64,000 nt of DNA from an uncultured Kiritimatiellota bacterium (GTDB lineage Bacteria > Verrucomicrobiota > Kiritimatiellia > RFP12 > UBA1067), in contig CAKURH010000003.1 in assembly GCA_934675625.1 (NCBI GenBank), positions 4,503-68,502 of the forward strand. Reading direction: 5' to 3'. How positions within the stretch are numbered: position 1 is the first letter of the stretch; every line of letters begins with the position of its first letter. Below the pieces are notes generated by a model, which did not search any database, had not been told where the DNA came from, and was given only the letters and a program-made list of their open reading frames with translations. The position numbers and the translations under genes are program-made. This document shows positions 48,942-58,197 of this stretch, piece by piece.

Positions 48942-51169
48942 GCCGCCGTCGCCTCCGGGTTGACGCTCCGCACGCGGTCGACCACCAGCTTGCGGAACTT
49001 CGGCGAGAGCATCGCGAAGAACGCCGTGAACCCCGTCACGCGCACGACGAGGTCCGGATATTTCGCGGGATCCCTGTCCGCGTCGAGGATCTTCTGCGCG
49101 TCGACGATGTTGACGTTGAGGAGCGTGTTGCCGGTCGCGAGGATGGCGCGAACCATCGCGCACATCTTGTCGAGGCCCTCCGCGTCGTTCGCGACCATCG
49201 GGTCGACCTCCAGCTGCACCGGCGCCGTGTTGCCGTAGCCGGGCTGGATCGCCGCGATGGAATTGCACATCGCCGAGACCGCGCCGTCGTGCCGAAAGCC
49301 GCCGTTCGGGTTCGCGCCGTGGTTGATCGGCTCGCCCGCCTTGCGTCCGTTCGGCGTCGCCTTCAGCCGCGCGCCGAGCAGGATCGTGTTCGACCACGAG
49401 AAGAAGCCCGGAATGAAGTTGACGTGACGATAATCGTCCGCATGCTGCCGCACGAGGTCGCGCACAAGCGCCGTCCACAGCTTCGAGACGCGGACGGCCC
49501 AGGCGTCGCCGCGCGTCTCGCCCCCGCCGTAGCGTTCGGAGTGGCTGAGAAGCTGCCGGACGCGCTCGCCCTCGACGCCCGCGAAGTCCGCGTCGAGCCA
49601 CCGCTTCAGTTCCGCATACGAGAGGCGCTTCTCGCGGTCGCAGCGCTGTTCGAGCGCGGCGAAGCTGTCCGCGACGACCGCGAGCCCCGCGCCGTCCACG
49701 CAGATGTTGTAGTAGCTCGCGCCGCCGTCCGTGATGTTGACGCCCTTCTCGACGAGGCCGTGCTGCATCAGGTTGAGGATCAGCTCGGGCTGGCTTTCCG
49801 TCTGGTAGTTGAGATGGTGGATGATGCCCCGCCCGGTCGCGTCGACGGCGACCTTGAGGTGACGTCCGTAGATCTCCCAGAGCGCCTCCGCCGACTTCGC
49901 GCCGTCGGATGCCATCAACTCGTCCCACGCGACCTCGAACACTTTCGCGAGGTTGACCTTCACGGTGTCGTTCATCGTGTACTCGCGTCCGGGGATGCAC
50001 ATCCAGTGACATCCGGCGGCGACGCGGCGACGCGCGAGCTCCTTCGGGTAGCCGCAGCGCATGAAGCCCTCCATGAGCGCTTTGTCCGAGGAGTAGCGCG
50101 GCCAGCCCTGCCGGTTGCGGAAGAGACATTCGACCGACTTGCGGAAGAAGACGGGGTCGAGCCGGTCATGCACGCGGATCGTCAGGTTCGTCGCGAGATT
50201 GAGCCTGTCCGCCGCATCCAGCGCGAGGTAGCTGAGGTGGCACGTGCGGTCGTTGTCGTTCTCGTCCGGCCCGGCGAGCTGCCAGTAGCGGCTGTCCTGC
50301 AGGAAGAGGCACGCGAGGTAGAAGACGGCCTCGTCGTCCGTCAGGCGTCCGGCGGCGACGTCGCGTTCGTAGTAGGGATTGAACAGATCCTCCAGCTGTC
50401 CGCCCGCACTGCCCCGGTTGTAGGTGCGCGAGAGCATCGAGAACCAGCAGCTCCACTGAATCGCCTCGCGGAACGTCTGCGGCGGCTCGGTCGCGAGCCG
50501 CAGGTCAATCTCGCCCATCGTGCGCAGGTTCGCGGCGAGCTGCGCGTTGCGCTCCGTCCGCGCCAGCGCAAGGATCTCCTCGCCCGCGCGGCGGATGAAC
50601 GCGCTGACATGCTCGACGACGGTAATCTCCGCGTCGTAGAATGCGTGGTGCGTCGCGTCGTGCCGCGCGCGACAGTCCTTCAGCTCCTTCAGCACGCCGC
50701 CCCAGCCCTTCGCGAGCCCGATCTGCAGGTCGGGCGTGAAGTGGTGGCAGTTGTCGATGCCGGAGATGACCTGGTAGCGGTCGAAGACCGCCTGAAGGTC
50801 GGGGTAGGCGTAGGCGGGGTTCCACTTGCACATCGGCGGGCGCAGCCGCTCCAGGAAGAGGAAGCCCTTCGCCGCGAAAGCGTCGAGCGCGTCCACGTAG
50901 ATCGGGTGCTGGTCGAGGAGCGCGCAGTAGTTCTCGCACCACGCCTCGTAGCCGTAGATGGAGCCGTTCGGGTGGTTCGGCTTCAGCTTGTAGCGGAAGA
51001 CGTCCTGCTCGATGAGGCCGTAGTCGTCCTCGTCGGCGCCGCCGGCCTTCGCCTTCTCGGCGGTCTGCGCGACCTTGCGCGCCCGCAGGAGCGCAATGCG
51101 CTCGTCGTAGGTGAACGTGCGGTCGGCCGGAAACTCGTTGACGAACTGGATCTTGCTCATGGCCGTCAC
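48938..51169 (-). CDS. Glycyl radical enzyme (PFL2/dehydratase-like fold), divergent, 743 aa
   Basis: C-terminal glycyl-radical motif VVRVTGFTAFFAM (Gly713). The Cys loop AAGCHWMCIPG (Cys387) lies 326 residues upstream, which is the expected spacing. The N-terminus is PFL2-like. Confidence 0.88.
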   Translation of the reverse strand: MTAMSKIQFVNEFPADRTFTYDERIALLRARKVAQTAEKAKAGGADEDDYGLIEQDVFRYKLKPNHPNGSIYGYEAWCENYCALLDQHPIYVDALDAFAAKGFLFLERLRPPMCKWNPAYAYPDLQAVFDRYQVISGIDNCHHFTPDLQIGLAKGWGGVLKELKDCRARHDATHHAFYDAEITVVEHVSAFIRRAGEEILALARTERNAQLAANLRTMGEIDLRLATEPPQTFREAIQWSCWFSMLSRTYNRGSAGGQLEDLFNPYYERDVAAGRLTDDEAVFYLACLFLQDSRYWQLAGPDENDNDRTCHLSYLALDAADRLNLATNLTIRVHDRLDPVFFRKSVECLFRNRQGWPRYSSDKALMEGFMRCGYPKELARRRVAAGCHWMCIPGREYTMNDTVKVNLAKVFEVAWDELMASDGAKSAEALWEIYGRHLKVAVDATGRGIIHHLNYQTESQPELILNLMQHGLVEKGVNITDGGASYYNICVDGAGLAVVADSFAALEQRCDREKRLSYAELKRWLDADFAGVEGERVRQLLSHSERYGGGETRGDAWAVRVSKLWTALVRDLVRQHADDYRHVNFIPGFFSWSNTILLGARLKATPNGRKAGEPINHGANPNGGFRHDGAVSAMCNSIAAIQPGYGNTAPVQLEVDPMVANDAEGLDKMCAMVRAILATGNTLLNVNIVDAQKILDADRDPAKYPDLVVRVTGFTAFFAMLSPKFRKLVVDRVRSVNPEATAA

Positions 51170-51981
51170 CCCACCTTGACCGTCAGGCCCTTGACGTCCG
51201 CGAGTGCCGCGCGGATCTCGGCGAGCCTCGCCTCCGGGAACGGCTTCGCGTCCGCAAAGGCGTCCGCGACGCCCAGCGCCGCGCGCTTCGCGCCGCCGAG
51301 CGGATTGAAGTTCAGAACCTCATAGCGGACGATGTTTTCCATCTTCGAGATGTACTCGGCGATCGCGTGCAGGTTCTCGATGTCGTCCGTCACGCCCGGC
51401 ACGAGAGGCGTGCGCACGACCATCGGGATGCCGAGGCGGGACGTGCGCCCGATCGAGTTGAAGACCGTCGGGTTGTCGAGCCCCGTCTGCTCCTGATGCG
51501 GAATCGTCAGGTTCAGCTTCAGGTCGCACATGATGAAGTCCATCTTGCGGAGCATCGGCTCGATGACCTGCCAGGGCCGCGACATGTTCGTCTCGATCGC
51601 GACGGAGATTCCCTCGGCGTGGCAGGCGTCCGCGAGCGCGCACACGAATTCGGGGTGCAGCGATGGCTCCCCGCCCGAGACCGTCACGCCGCCGCCCGAC
51701 TCGGCGTAGTAGGCCCTGTCCTGCACGACCTCGCGCATCACCTCGGCGACGTCCATCTCGCGCGACGAGCGGACGCGCGCGCCGGCCGTGCAGCCCTCGG
51801 CACAGTGTCCGCAGCCGAGGCACTTTTCCCGGTAGAAGAGCTCGACCGGCTTCAGCGGAATCGTCTCCGGGTTGTGGCACCAGGGGCAGTGCATGTTGCA
51901 GCCCTGCAGGAAGACGGTCGTGCGGATGCCCGGCCCGTCCTGAAGCGAGAACCGCTGGATGTCCGTGACGTAGGCCTTCAT
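51166..51981 (-). CDS. Glycyl-radical-enzyme activating enzyme (radical SAM)
   Basis: Trimmed to MKAYVTDIQRFSLQDGPGIRTTVFLQGCNMHCPWCHN (CX3CX2C), with an auxiliary CLGCGHCAEGC motif. ATGA overlaps on both sides. Confidence 0.9.
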   Translation of the reverse strand: MKAYVTDIQRFSLQDGPGIRTTVFLQGCNMHCPWCHNPETIPLKPVELFYREKCLGCGHCAEGCTAGARVRSSREMDVAEVMREVVQDRAYYAESGGGVTVSGGEPSLHPEFVCALADACHAEGISVAIETNMSRPWQVIEPMLRKMDFIMCDLKLNLTIPHQEQTGLDNPTVFNSIGRTSRLGIPMVVRTPLVPGVTDDIENLHAIAEYISKMENIVRYEVLNFNPLGGAKRAALGVADAFADAKPFPEARLAEIRAALADVKGLTVKVG

Positions 51982-52760
51982 CGGCGCACCCCCTTCGCGT
52001 CGAAGGCGGCGTGCTGGCCCGTCGGGATGTGGGAGGCGTCCAGCCGCCGAAGCGCAAGCTCGTTGTCCGGGTAGAAGTCGATCCAGAGGTAGTGGCAGTG
52101 CTGGCCCGCGCGGATGTCGACGCCGTGGATCGACCCCAGCGGGATGTAGAGGAGCTCGTTGCCCTTCATCGGCGCCGCCTCGTAGTCGATCAGGACGTCC
52201 ATCTCGTTCTCCTCGAAGCTGAAGAAGAACTGGTCGAGCATCGGATGGTCGTGGCTCTTCACGGCGTCGATGCCGTAGGTCTCGACCGAGCCGAGCGCGA
52301 AGCGCGGAATGCGCCGCTGGTCGACGCAGCTGCGGGAGATCGTCTTCGCGCTCTTGTTGCGGTCGCGATACTGCTTCGAGTTGCGATAGACCTGAATGAG
52401 CGGAAACTGCGTCTTGTAGTCGGCCGCGAGCCGGTCGTCCTCCCCTGCGCGCCGAAACCAGCGGATCTCCAGGATCTGCACGTCGGAAAGCGCCTCGATG
52501 CGCACGGCCCGCTCCGGCGCGGGAACGAAGACGACGCGTTCGTGAAAGACGTATTCGTTGCCGTCCGTCGCGAAGCGCACGTCGCCCTTCAGGACGGTCA
52601 GCACATGGTGTCCGTCCATCGGGGCGAGTTCGAGCGCCGCGCCCGCGCGAATCGTGTGATGCCAGGGCGTCGCGCCCGGGATGCAACCGTCCAAGGCCTT
52701 CCGCGACTGGCTCTCCGTCGCCGAGAAGTCGAGGGCAACCTTCTGGATGTCGTATTTCAT
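51978..52760 (-). CDS. Bicupin protein (two cupin barrels), function unknown
   Basis: Trimmed to MKYDIQKVALDF (ATG 52760, ATGA overlap). The C-terminal barrel carries SHDHP...E...HGV metal-site-like residues. Confidence 0.7.
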   Translation of the reverse strand: MKYDIQKVALDFSATESQSRKALDGCIPGATPWHHTIRAGAALELAPMDGHHVLTVLKGDVRFATDGNEYVFHERVVFVPAPERAVRIEALSDVQILEIRWFRRAGEDDRLAADYKTQFPLIQVYRNSKQYRDRNKSAKTISRSCVDQRRIPRFALGSVETYGIDAVKSHDHPMLDQFFFSFEENEMDVLIDYEAAPMKGNELLYIPLGSIHGVDIRAGQHCHYLWIDFYPDNELALRRLDASHIPTGQHAAFDAKGVRR

Positions 52761-54487
52761 TTTCTCTTTTCGTTGTTCAGTTTCTTCAGGATGGGCCGCA
52801 GGGCGAGGCCCGACAGGGCCGCCACGGCCGTCAGCGCGCTCGCCGGGGCCGTCCGACCGTAAATCCACAGGCCGACGGCGAACATGAGCGCATAGACGCA
52901 GACGCACGCCACCGTCATCGCGAACAGGCCCCAGGCGATGTCATGCCGGTCGCCGCCGACCTTCGCGCGGAACGCCGCCCGCTTCGCCGCCTCGGTCGGC
53001 GGCGTCAGGAGCGTGACGGCGACCCACGCCGCCGTCGTGACCGCCATGACGACGAGGAGCCGCTGCCACGCGGCGAGCGCCGGCCCGCCGAGGTGCGGAT
53101 AGACGAGCTGCACGAAGACGGCCACGGCGAACGAGACGGCCATCGCCGTAATCTCGCTCCACGCGTTGATGCGCATCCAGAACCAGCGCAGGAGGTAGAT
53201 GAGGCCCGTGCCCGCGCCGATCTGGAGAATGAGGTTGAAGACCGCGCCCGCCGAAACGAGGTAGGGCGCGAGGACGCTGGAGAGGATCATGAGGACGACC
53301 GCCGAGACGCGCCCGACGTGGATGAGCTCGCGCTCGGACGCCGCCGGGCGGACGAACCGCTTCCAGAAGTCGTTCGCGAGGTAGTTCGAGCCCATCGACA
53401 GGTGCGCCGCGACCGTCGAGAACAGCGCGCCCATCATCGCCGCCGCGACGACGCCCAGCCAGCCGTTCGGCACGAACGTCAGCATGGCCGGATAGGCGAG
53501 GTCGCCCTTCACGAGCGACGGGTCGACGTGCGGGAACGCCCGCTGGAGCGAGGCGAGGTCGGGGAAGACGATGAGCGAGGCGAACGCCGTCAGGTACCAC
53601 GGCCAGGGGCGGATCGCGTAGTTCACGACCTGGTAGAGCATCGAGCCCGCGATGCAGTGGCCCTCGCTCTTCGCCGAGAGCATGCGCTGGACGATGTATC
53701 CGCCGCCGCCCGGCTCGCTGCCCGGATACCAGACGTTCCACCACTGGATCGCGACCGGGATCACGAACACGGCGACGAACGTGTCCGTGTCGTCGAGGGA
53801 CGGGAAGAACGAGAGGTGCGCCTGCACGGACGGGTTCGCCATCATCTGCGCGAAGCCGCCGACCTCCGGCAGGGCCAGCGCATAGTGCAGCCCGACGAAC
53901 GCGCCGACCAGGATGACAAGGAAGAGAACGAAGTCCGTGTAGATCGCGCCGCGAAACCCGCCGAGCGCCGAATAGGCGATCGAGGCGACCGACGTGACGA
54001 CCAGCACCGTCGTCTGGCTGACGCCGAAGAGCGTCTGCCCGATCTTGATCGCCGCGAGCATGCAGAGCGCCGTCGTGATCACGTTGAAGACGAGGCCGAG
54101 GTAGACGGCCCGGAACGCGCGCAGGAACGCCGCCGGCCTGCCGGAGTAGCGCAGCTCGTAGAATTCGACGTCGCTCTGCGCGCCCGACCGCACCCAGAGC
54201 TTCGCGTAGACGAAGACCGTCAGCATGCCCGTGAGGAGGAACGCCCACCACTTCCAGTTCTCGCCGAGCGACGAGTTGCGGATGAACTCGGTGAACATGT
54301 TCGCCGAGTTCGAGGAGGTCGACGCCGCGCACATCGAGACGCCGATGAGCCACCAGGGCATCGACCGCCCCGAGAGGAAGAAGTCCTTCGCGTCGCGGCC
54401 CGCCTTGCGCGAACACGCGAAGGCGATACCGAAGAGGACGGCGAAGAAGCCGAGGATGACGAGACCGTCGACGAGATTCAGGCGCAT
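52757..54487 (-). CDS. Sodium:solute symporter family (SSS/SGLT-like) transporter
   Basis: About 13 hydrophobic segments, with an N-terminus DFFLSGRSMPWW typical of the SSS family. Confidence 0.88.
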   Translation of the reverse strand: MRLNLVDGLVILGFFAVLFGIAFACSRKAGRDAKDFFLSGRSMPWWLIGVSMCAASTSSNSANMFTEFIRNSSLGENWKWWAFLLTGMLTVFVYAKLWVRSGAQSDVEFYELRYSGRPAAFLRAFRAVYLGLVFNVITTALCMLAAIKIGQTLFGVSQTTVLVVTSVASIAYSALGGFRGAIYTDFVLFLVILVGAFVGLHYALALPEVGGFAQMMANPSVQAHLSFFPSLDDTDTFVAVFVIPVAIQWWNVWYPGSEPGGGGYIVQRMLSAKSEGHCIAGSMLYQVVNYAIRPWPWYLTAFASLIVFPDLASLQRAFPHVDPSLVKGDLAYPAMLTFVPNGWLGVVAAAMMGALFSTVAAHLSMGSNYLANDFWKRFVRPAASERELIHVGRVSAVVLMILSSVLAPYLVSAGAVFNLILQIGAGTGLIYLLRWFWMRINAWSEITAMAVSFAVAVFVQLVYPHLGGPALAAWQRLLVVMAVTTAAWVAVTLLTPPTEAAKRAAFRAKVGGDRHDIAWGLFAMTVACVCVYALMFAVGLWIYGRTAPASALTAVAALSGLALRPILKKLNNEKRK

Positions 54488-54491
54488 GCGG

Positions 54492-56354
54492 TCACTTCCC
54501 GTAGAAGACGTAGCCGAGCGGCTTCACCTCGCGGCCGCGATAGGTGAACGGCGTGTCGTCGGAGTAGTTGACGACGATCTCCTCGCCGTTCTCCCAGCGC
54601 GTGCGGAAGACGTTCTCGGCGAGCCGGTCGTGGCGGTCGATGAACTCGTAGACGAGGTGCTTCATCGGCTGCCAGGCGTCGTACATCTCCTTCATCGGCG
54701 CGAGCGTCGCGTACTGCTGGAAGTAGAACGTCGGGCGTCCGCCGTATTCCCAGACCTTCAGCGTGCGGTGCGCCGCGTCCCACAGGTAGTCGCTCATGCC
54801 CGACATCTTGTGGATGTCCGTGCGCTTCGCGGGCGGAACGACCTTCTTCAGCGGGTCGCCGCCGCGTCCGTAGGAGGCGTCGACCGTCGCCCAGTAGGGC
54901 TGGCTCAGGATGATGCCGTTGTAGGCGATCTGCCAGAGCGGCACCTCGCCGTCGACGAGTTCCGTCGCCGGCTGCTGCTTCGAGGCGAACGTGCCCACGT
55001 AGAGCGCGTTGTCGAGCCCCGGCGCAAGGTGATCCATGCCGGCCTCGGACGAGTAGCCGCCGAAGACGGCGCGCGCCTTCTCGCACGTCTTGAGCTGCCA
55101 CTCCGCCATCTCCTTGCGGTTCGCGGGGTGGTTCGGCGCGTGGCACGGCGTCGGGTAGCGCGCGCTCGTCACGTCCACGTGGTGGATGCCGTCGAGGCCC
55201 ATCTCCTTCAGGTGCGCCAGATCCTCGTCGAGCCAGCGGTTGTTGACGACCTGGAAGCACGTGTGGTAGGCGAGACCGCCCTGCAGATAGCCGTAGACGC
55301 GCAAGTGGCCCTTCGGGTTGACGCACACGTCGTCCTCGTTCCAGCGGGGCCGTCCGCACGCGCGGTAGATGTTGTGGTTGTTCACGTGCACGCTCATGCG
55401 GTAGCCGAGCGACTTGCCGTAGGCGATCGCGTCCCTCATGCCCGCCTCGCCGCCCAGTTCCTCCGGCACCGGCCAGAGCTTCGGGAACGGGCCGTCGAAG
55501 CCGAGGTAGTTCCAGCCGACGATGCACATGTCGACGTCGTCCATCCCCAGGTCCTTCACCTGCTTCATGAGCTTCTTGTAGTCCGCGAACGTGCGCTTCC
55601 AGAGGATCGGCGGCATCGCGTGCGTCGGGTTGTCGCGGCTGTGCCCGTCGCAGTGCGCGAGCTTGCAGCGCATAAAGACGGACTTCGCCGACCATTCGAG
55701 CGCGGGGTTCCCCTTCACGCGTTCGCGGAGCGGCTTCACCCAGCCGCGCGCGAGATTCCAGTTCCGGTAGACCTTGGCCATGCCGGAGTAGTTCGCGTCG
55801 TCGCCCGTCAGCTCGTAGTAGTCGACCACGATGTCCTCGTAGGGGTCGAACTCGATCTGGTCGATCTCGAAGCGCGGATAGTAGTGGTAGACGCCCTTCT
55901 CGACGGACAGGTTCAGGATGAACTCCAGCCGCAGGCCCTTGACGATGCCGACCCAGCAACGGTCAGCCGTCTTGAGCCCGAAGATCGGCATCTGGAGGTG
56001 GCCGCGCGTCGACTGGAACTGGCCGTGCTCGCGGTCAAGCCGCCCGTAGCGGTTGTCGCCCGCGACCCAGTAGCCGTCCGCGCAGTTCGGCGCGAGCGCG
56101 CCATCCGGCACGACGTCGATCCACCGCGTCCGGCGCGGGATGTCCTTTGTCGCGAGCCGGTAGCGGTAGGCGCCGTCCGGCATGCGCTCGGCCTTCTGCG
56201 AAAGGCGATACTTCTCGCCATTCTGCTTCCAGATGCGGAAGAAGCCCTTCTCCAGTCCGGCGTCGGCCCGCGCCGCCGCCGTCGCGCATGCGAGCGCCGC
56301 GCCCAGCGCCAGCGCCTGCGGCAGAAGCCGGACGCGCCGCCCCGCCGTTTCCAT
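54492..56354 (-). CDS. Secreted paralog A (type 1) of an unassigned putative glycanase family
   Basis: Trimmed to METAGRRVRLLPQALALGAALACATAAARA. Shares FDPYEDIVVDYY, MCIVGWNYLGFDGPFPKLWPV, MSVHVNNHNIYR, HHVDVTSARYPTPCH and FGGYSSEAG with paralog C. Confidence 0.75.
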   Translation of the reverse strand: METAGRRVRLLPQALALGAALACATAAARADAGLEKGFFRIWKQNGEKYRLSQKAERMPDGAYRYRLATKDIPRRTRWIDVVPDGALAPNCADGYWVAGDNRYGRLDREHGQFQSTRGHLQMPIFGLKTADRCWVGIVKGLRLEFILNLSVEKGVYHYYPRFEIDQIEFDPYEDIVVDYYELTGDDANYSGMAKVYRNWNLARGWVKPLRERVKGNPALEWSAKSVFMRCKLAHCDGHSRDNPTHAMPPILWKRTFADYKKLMKQVKDLGMDDVDMCIVGWNYLGFDGPFPKLWPVPEELGGEAGMRDAIAYGKSLGYRMSVHVNNHNIYRACGRPRWNEDDVCVNPKGHLRVYGYLQGGLAYHTCFQVVNNRWLDEDLAHLKEMGLDGIHHVDVTSARYPTPCHAPNHPANRKEMAEWQLKTCEKARAVFGGYSSEAGMDHLAPGLDNALYVGTFASKQQPATELVDGEVPLWQIAYNGIILSQPYWATVDASYGRGGDPLKKVVPPAKRTDIHKMSGMSDYLWDAAHRTLKVWEYGGRPTFYFQQYATLAPMKEMYDAWQPMKHLVYEFIDRHDRLAENVFRTRWENGEEIVVNYSDDTPFTYRGREVKPLGYVFYGK

Positions 56355-56358
56355 CTTC

Positions 56359-58197
56359 TCAGTTCTCGAACAGTTCATGGCTGACCTCCTTGATGATGCG
56401 TCCGCGATAGGCGAACGGCTTTTCCGAATAGTTGACGACAAGTTCCTCGCCGTTCTCGTAACGCGTCGCGTAGACCTGCGGCGCGAGCTCGGCATGCTCG
56501 CGGATGAATTCCAGCTGAAGATGCCGCAGGGGCTTCCACGCCCGGTAGACGCGCGCGACGTCCGCGATCTGGCGGCGGTAGTCGGTGTAGTAGAACATCG
56601 GCCGCCCGCCGAACTCGAACAGCGTGAGGAGCGACTTCTCCGGCGTCTCGAGGAACTCGAAGACCTTGCGGCTCGCCCCCACGGCGTCCGACGTGCCGTT
56701 CGGCTCGCGCGGCACGCCCGCGTCAAGCGTCGCGTAGAACGGCGTGGACATGATGATGCCGTTGTAGACGATGGACCACGTGGGCAGGTAGCCGTCCACG
56801 AGCGACGTCTTCGGCACGCTCCAGCCGGGATACGGCGCCTGGTAGAGCACGTTGTCGAGCTCCGCCGCGAAGTGGTCGCAGCCGCACTCGGACGAATAGC
56901 CGCCGAACGCCGCGCGCGCCTTCCGCGCAATCCGGCGCAGCCAGCCGCGTTCCCCTTCGGACGAGTTCGGGTGGCGCGGGTCGTGGCACCGCTCCGGCAG
57001 GCGCGCGCTCATCACGTCAACATGGACGAGCCCGTCGAGGCCGAGATCCTTCATGTCCGCAAGATCCCTGTCAAAATACCTGTTGCAGATGACCTCGTAG
57101 CAGCTGTGGTAGACGGGTCCGCCGGGGAGCGTCGTGTAGCGGCGCACCTTCCCGTCCGGCCCTTTCGCGACGTCGGCTTCGCACCACCGCTTCGCGTTGC
57201 GGTAGAAGTTGTGCTGGTTCAGGTGAATCGACATGCGGTAGCCGAGCGACTTGCCGAACGCGATCGTCTCGCGCATCCCCGCGTCGCCGCCGAAGCGTTC
57301 GTCCGCCGGGAAGAGGTCGGGGAACGGGCCGTCGTGTCCACCCGGCTGAAAGCCGACGAGGCACATCTCCGCCTTGTCGATGCCCGCGTCACGGCAGTCC
57401 TGCATGACCTTCCGGAAGTCGGCGAACGTGTAGTCGACGACGACGGGCGGCATGTTCGTCTCCCAGTCCGCCCGCGTCGACGTGCGGCGGTCGCAGCGAC
57501 CGAACTTGCAGCGGAGGAAGATTGATTCGGACGCGTACGCGAGCGCGGGATTTCCTTTTATGCGTTCCCGCAGCGGACGGCATCCGCCCTCGGTGAGCTG
57601 GTGGGCGCGGTAGCGGCGCGCCATGCCCGAATAGTTTGCGTCCGCGCCCGTGAGCGGATAGAAGTCGACCACGATGTCCGCGTAGGGGTCGAACTCGATG
57701 CGCGGCAGGTCGTAGCGCGCGAAGACGGAGTAGACGCCGTTTGTGACGTGTACGTACTGCCGGTGTTCGAGCGGCATGCCCTTGACAATCGCAACGAAGC
57801 AGACTTCCGGCGTCTTGATGCCGAAGATCGGCATCCGCCACGTCCGCGTGAACGTCTCCTGCGGCTTCTTCTTGCCCGGTTCCGGCACGGCTGCGTCGCG
57901 GTTGAACGCGCCCCAGCGGCAGTCGCCGAGCGTCCAGTAGCCGTCGCATTTCGGCACGACCGCCGCGTCGGAAACGACGTCAAGCCATTTCATGTCGCGC
58001 GTCATGTCGATTGTGCGGAACTGCGCGCGATAGGCGCCGTCCGGCTGACGCGCGGCGGTGGCCCTGCGCGTCTCGACGCGCCCGTCGGCGTAGGTGATGC
58101 GGTACGTGACCCGCGCGAGCGGACTCTCCGCCCGCGCCGCCATCGCGCACGCACAGAAAACACCCGCGAGAAACAGTCCTTTGATCGTCTTCTTCAT
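56359..58197 (-). CDS. Secreted paralog B (type 2) of the same family
   Basis: Signal peptide MKKTIKGLFLAGVFCACAMAARA. Motifs MCLVGFQPGGHDGPFPDLFPADERFGG, HLNQHNFYR, CHDPRHPNS and FGGYSSECG. Closest to paralog D. Confidence 0.8.
   Translation of the reverse strand: MKKTIKGLFLAGVFCACAMAARAESPLARVTYRITYADGRVETRRATAARQPDGAYRAQFRTIDMTRDMKWLDVVSDAAVVPKCDGYWTLGDCRWGAFNRDAAVPEPGKKKPQETFTRTWRMPIFGIKTPEVCFVAIVKGMPLEHRQYVHVTNGVYSVFARYDLPRIEFDPYADIVVDFYPLTGADANYSGMARRYRAHQLTEGGCRPLRERIKGNPALAYASESIFLRCKFGRCDRRTSTRADWETNMPPVVVDYTFADFRKVMQDCRDAGIDKAEMCLVGFQPGGHDGPFPDLFPADERFGGDAGMRETIAFGKSLGYRMSIHLNQHNFYRNAKRWCEADVAKGPDGKVRRYTTLPGGPVYHSCYEVICNRYFDRDLADMKDLGLDGLVHVDVMSARLPERCHDPRHPNSSEGERGWLRRIARKARAAFGGYSSECGCDHFAAELDNVLYQAPYPGWSVPKTSLVDGYLPTWSIVYNGIIMSTPFYATLDAGVPREPNGTSDAVGASRKVFEFLETPEKSLLTLFEFGGRPMFYYTDYRRQIADVARVYRAWKPLRHLQLEFIREHAELAPQVYATRYENGEELVVNYSEKPFAYRGRIIKEVSHELFEN

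Noticed and set aside
45829-54487. Bacterial microcompartment association of the GRE locus
   Set aside because: No BMC-H/BMC-P shell protein ORFs (small ~90-100 aa proteins with characteristic motifs), aldehyde dehydrogenase or phosphotransacylase are present anywhere in the window.
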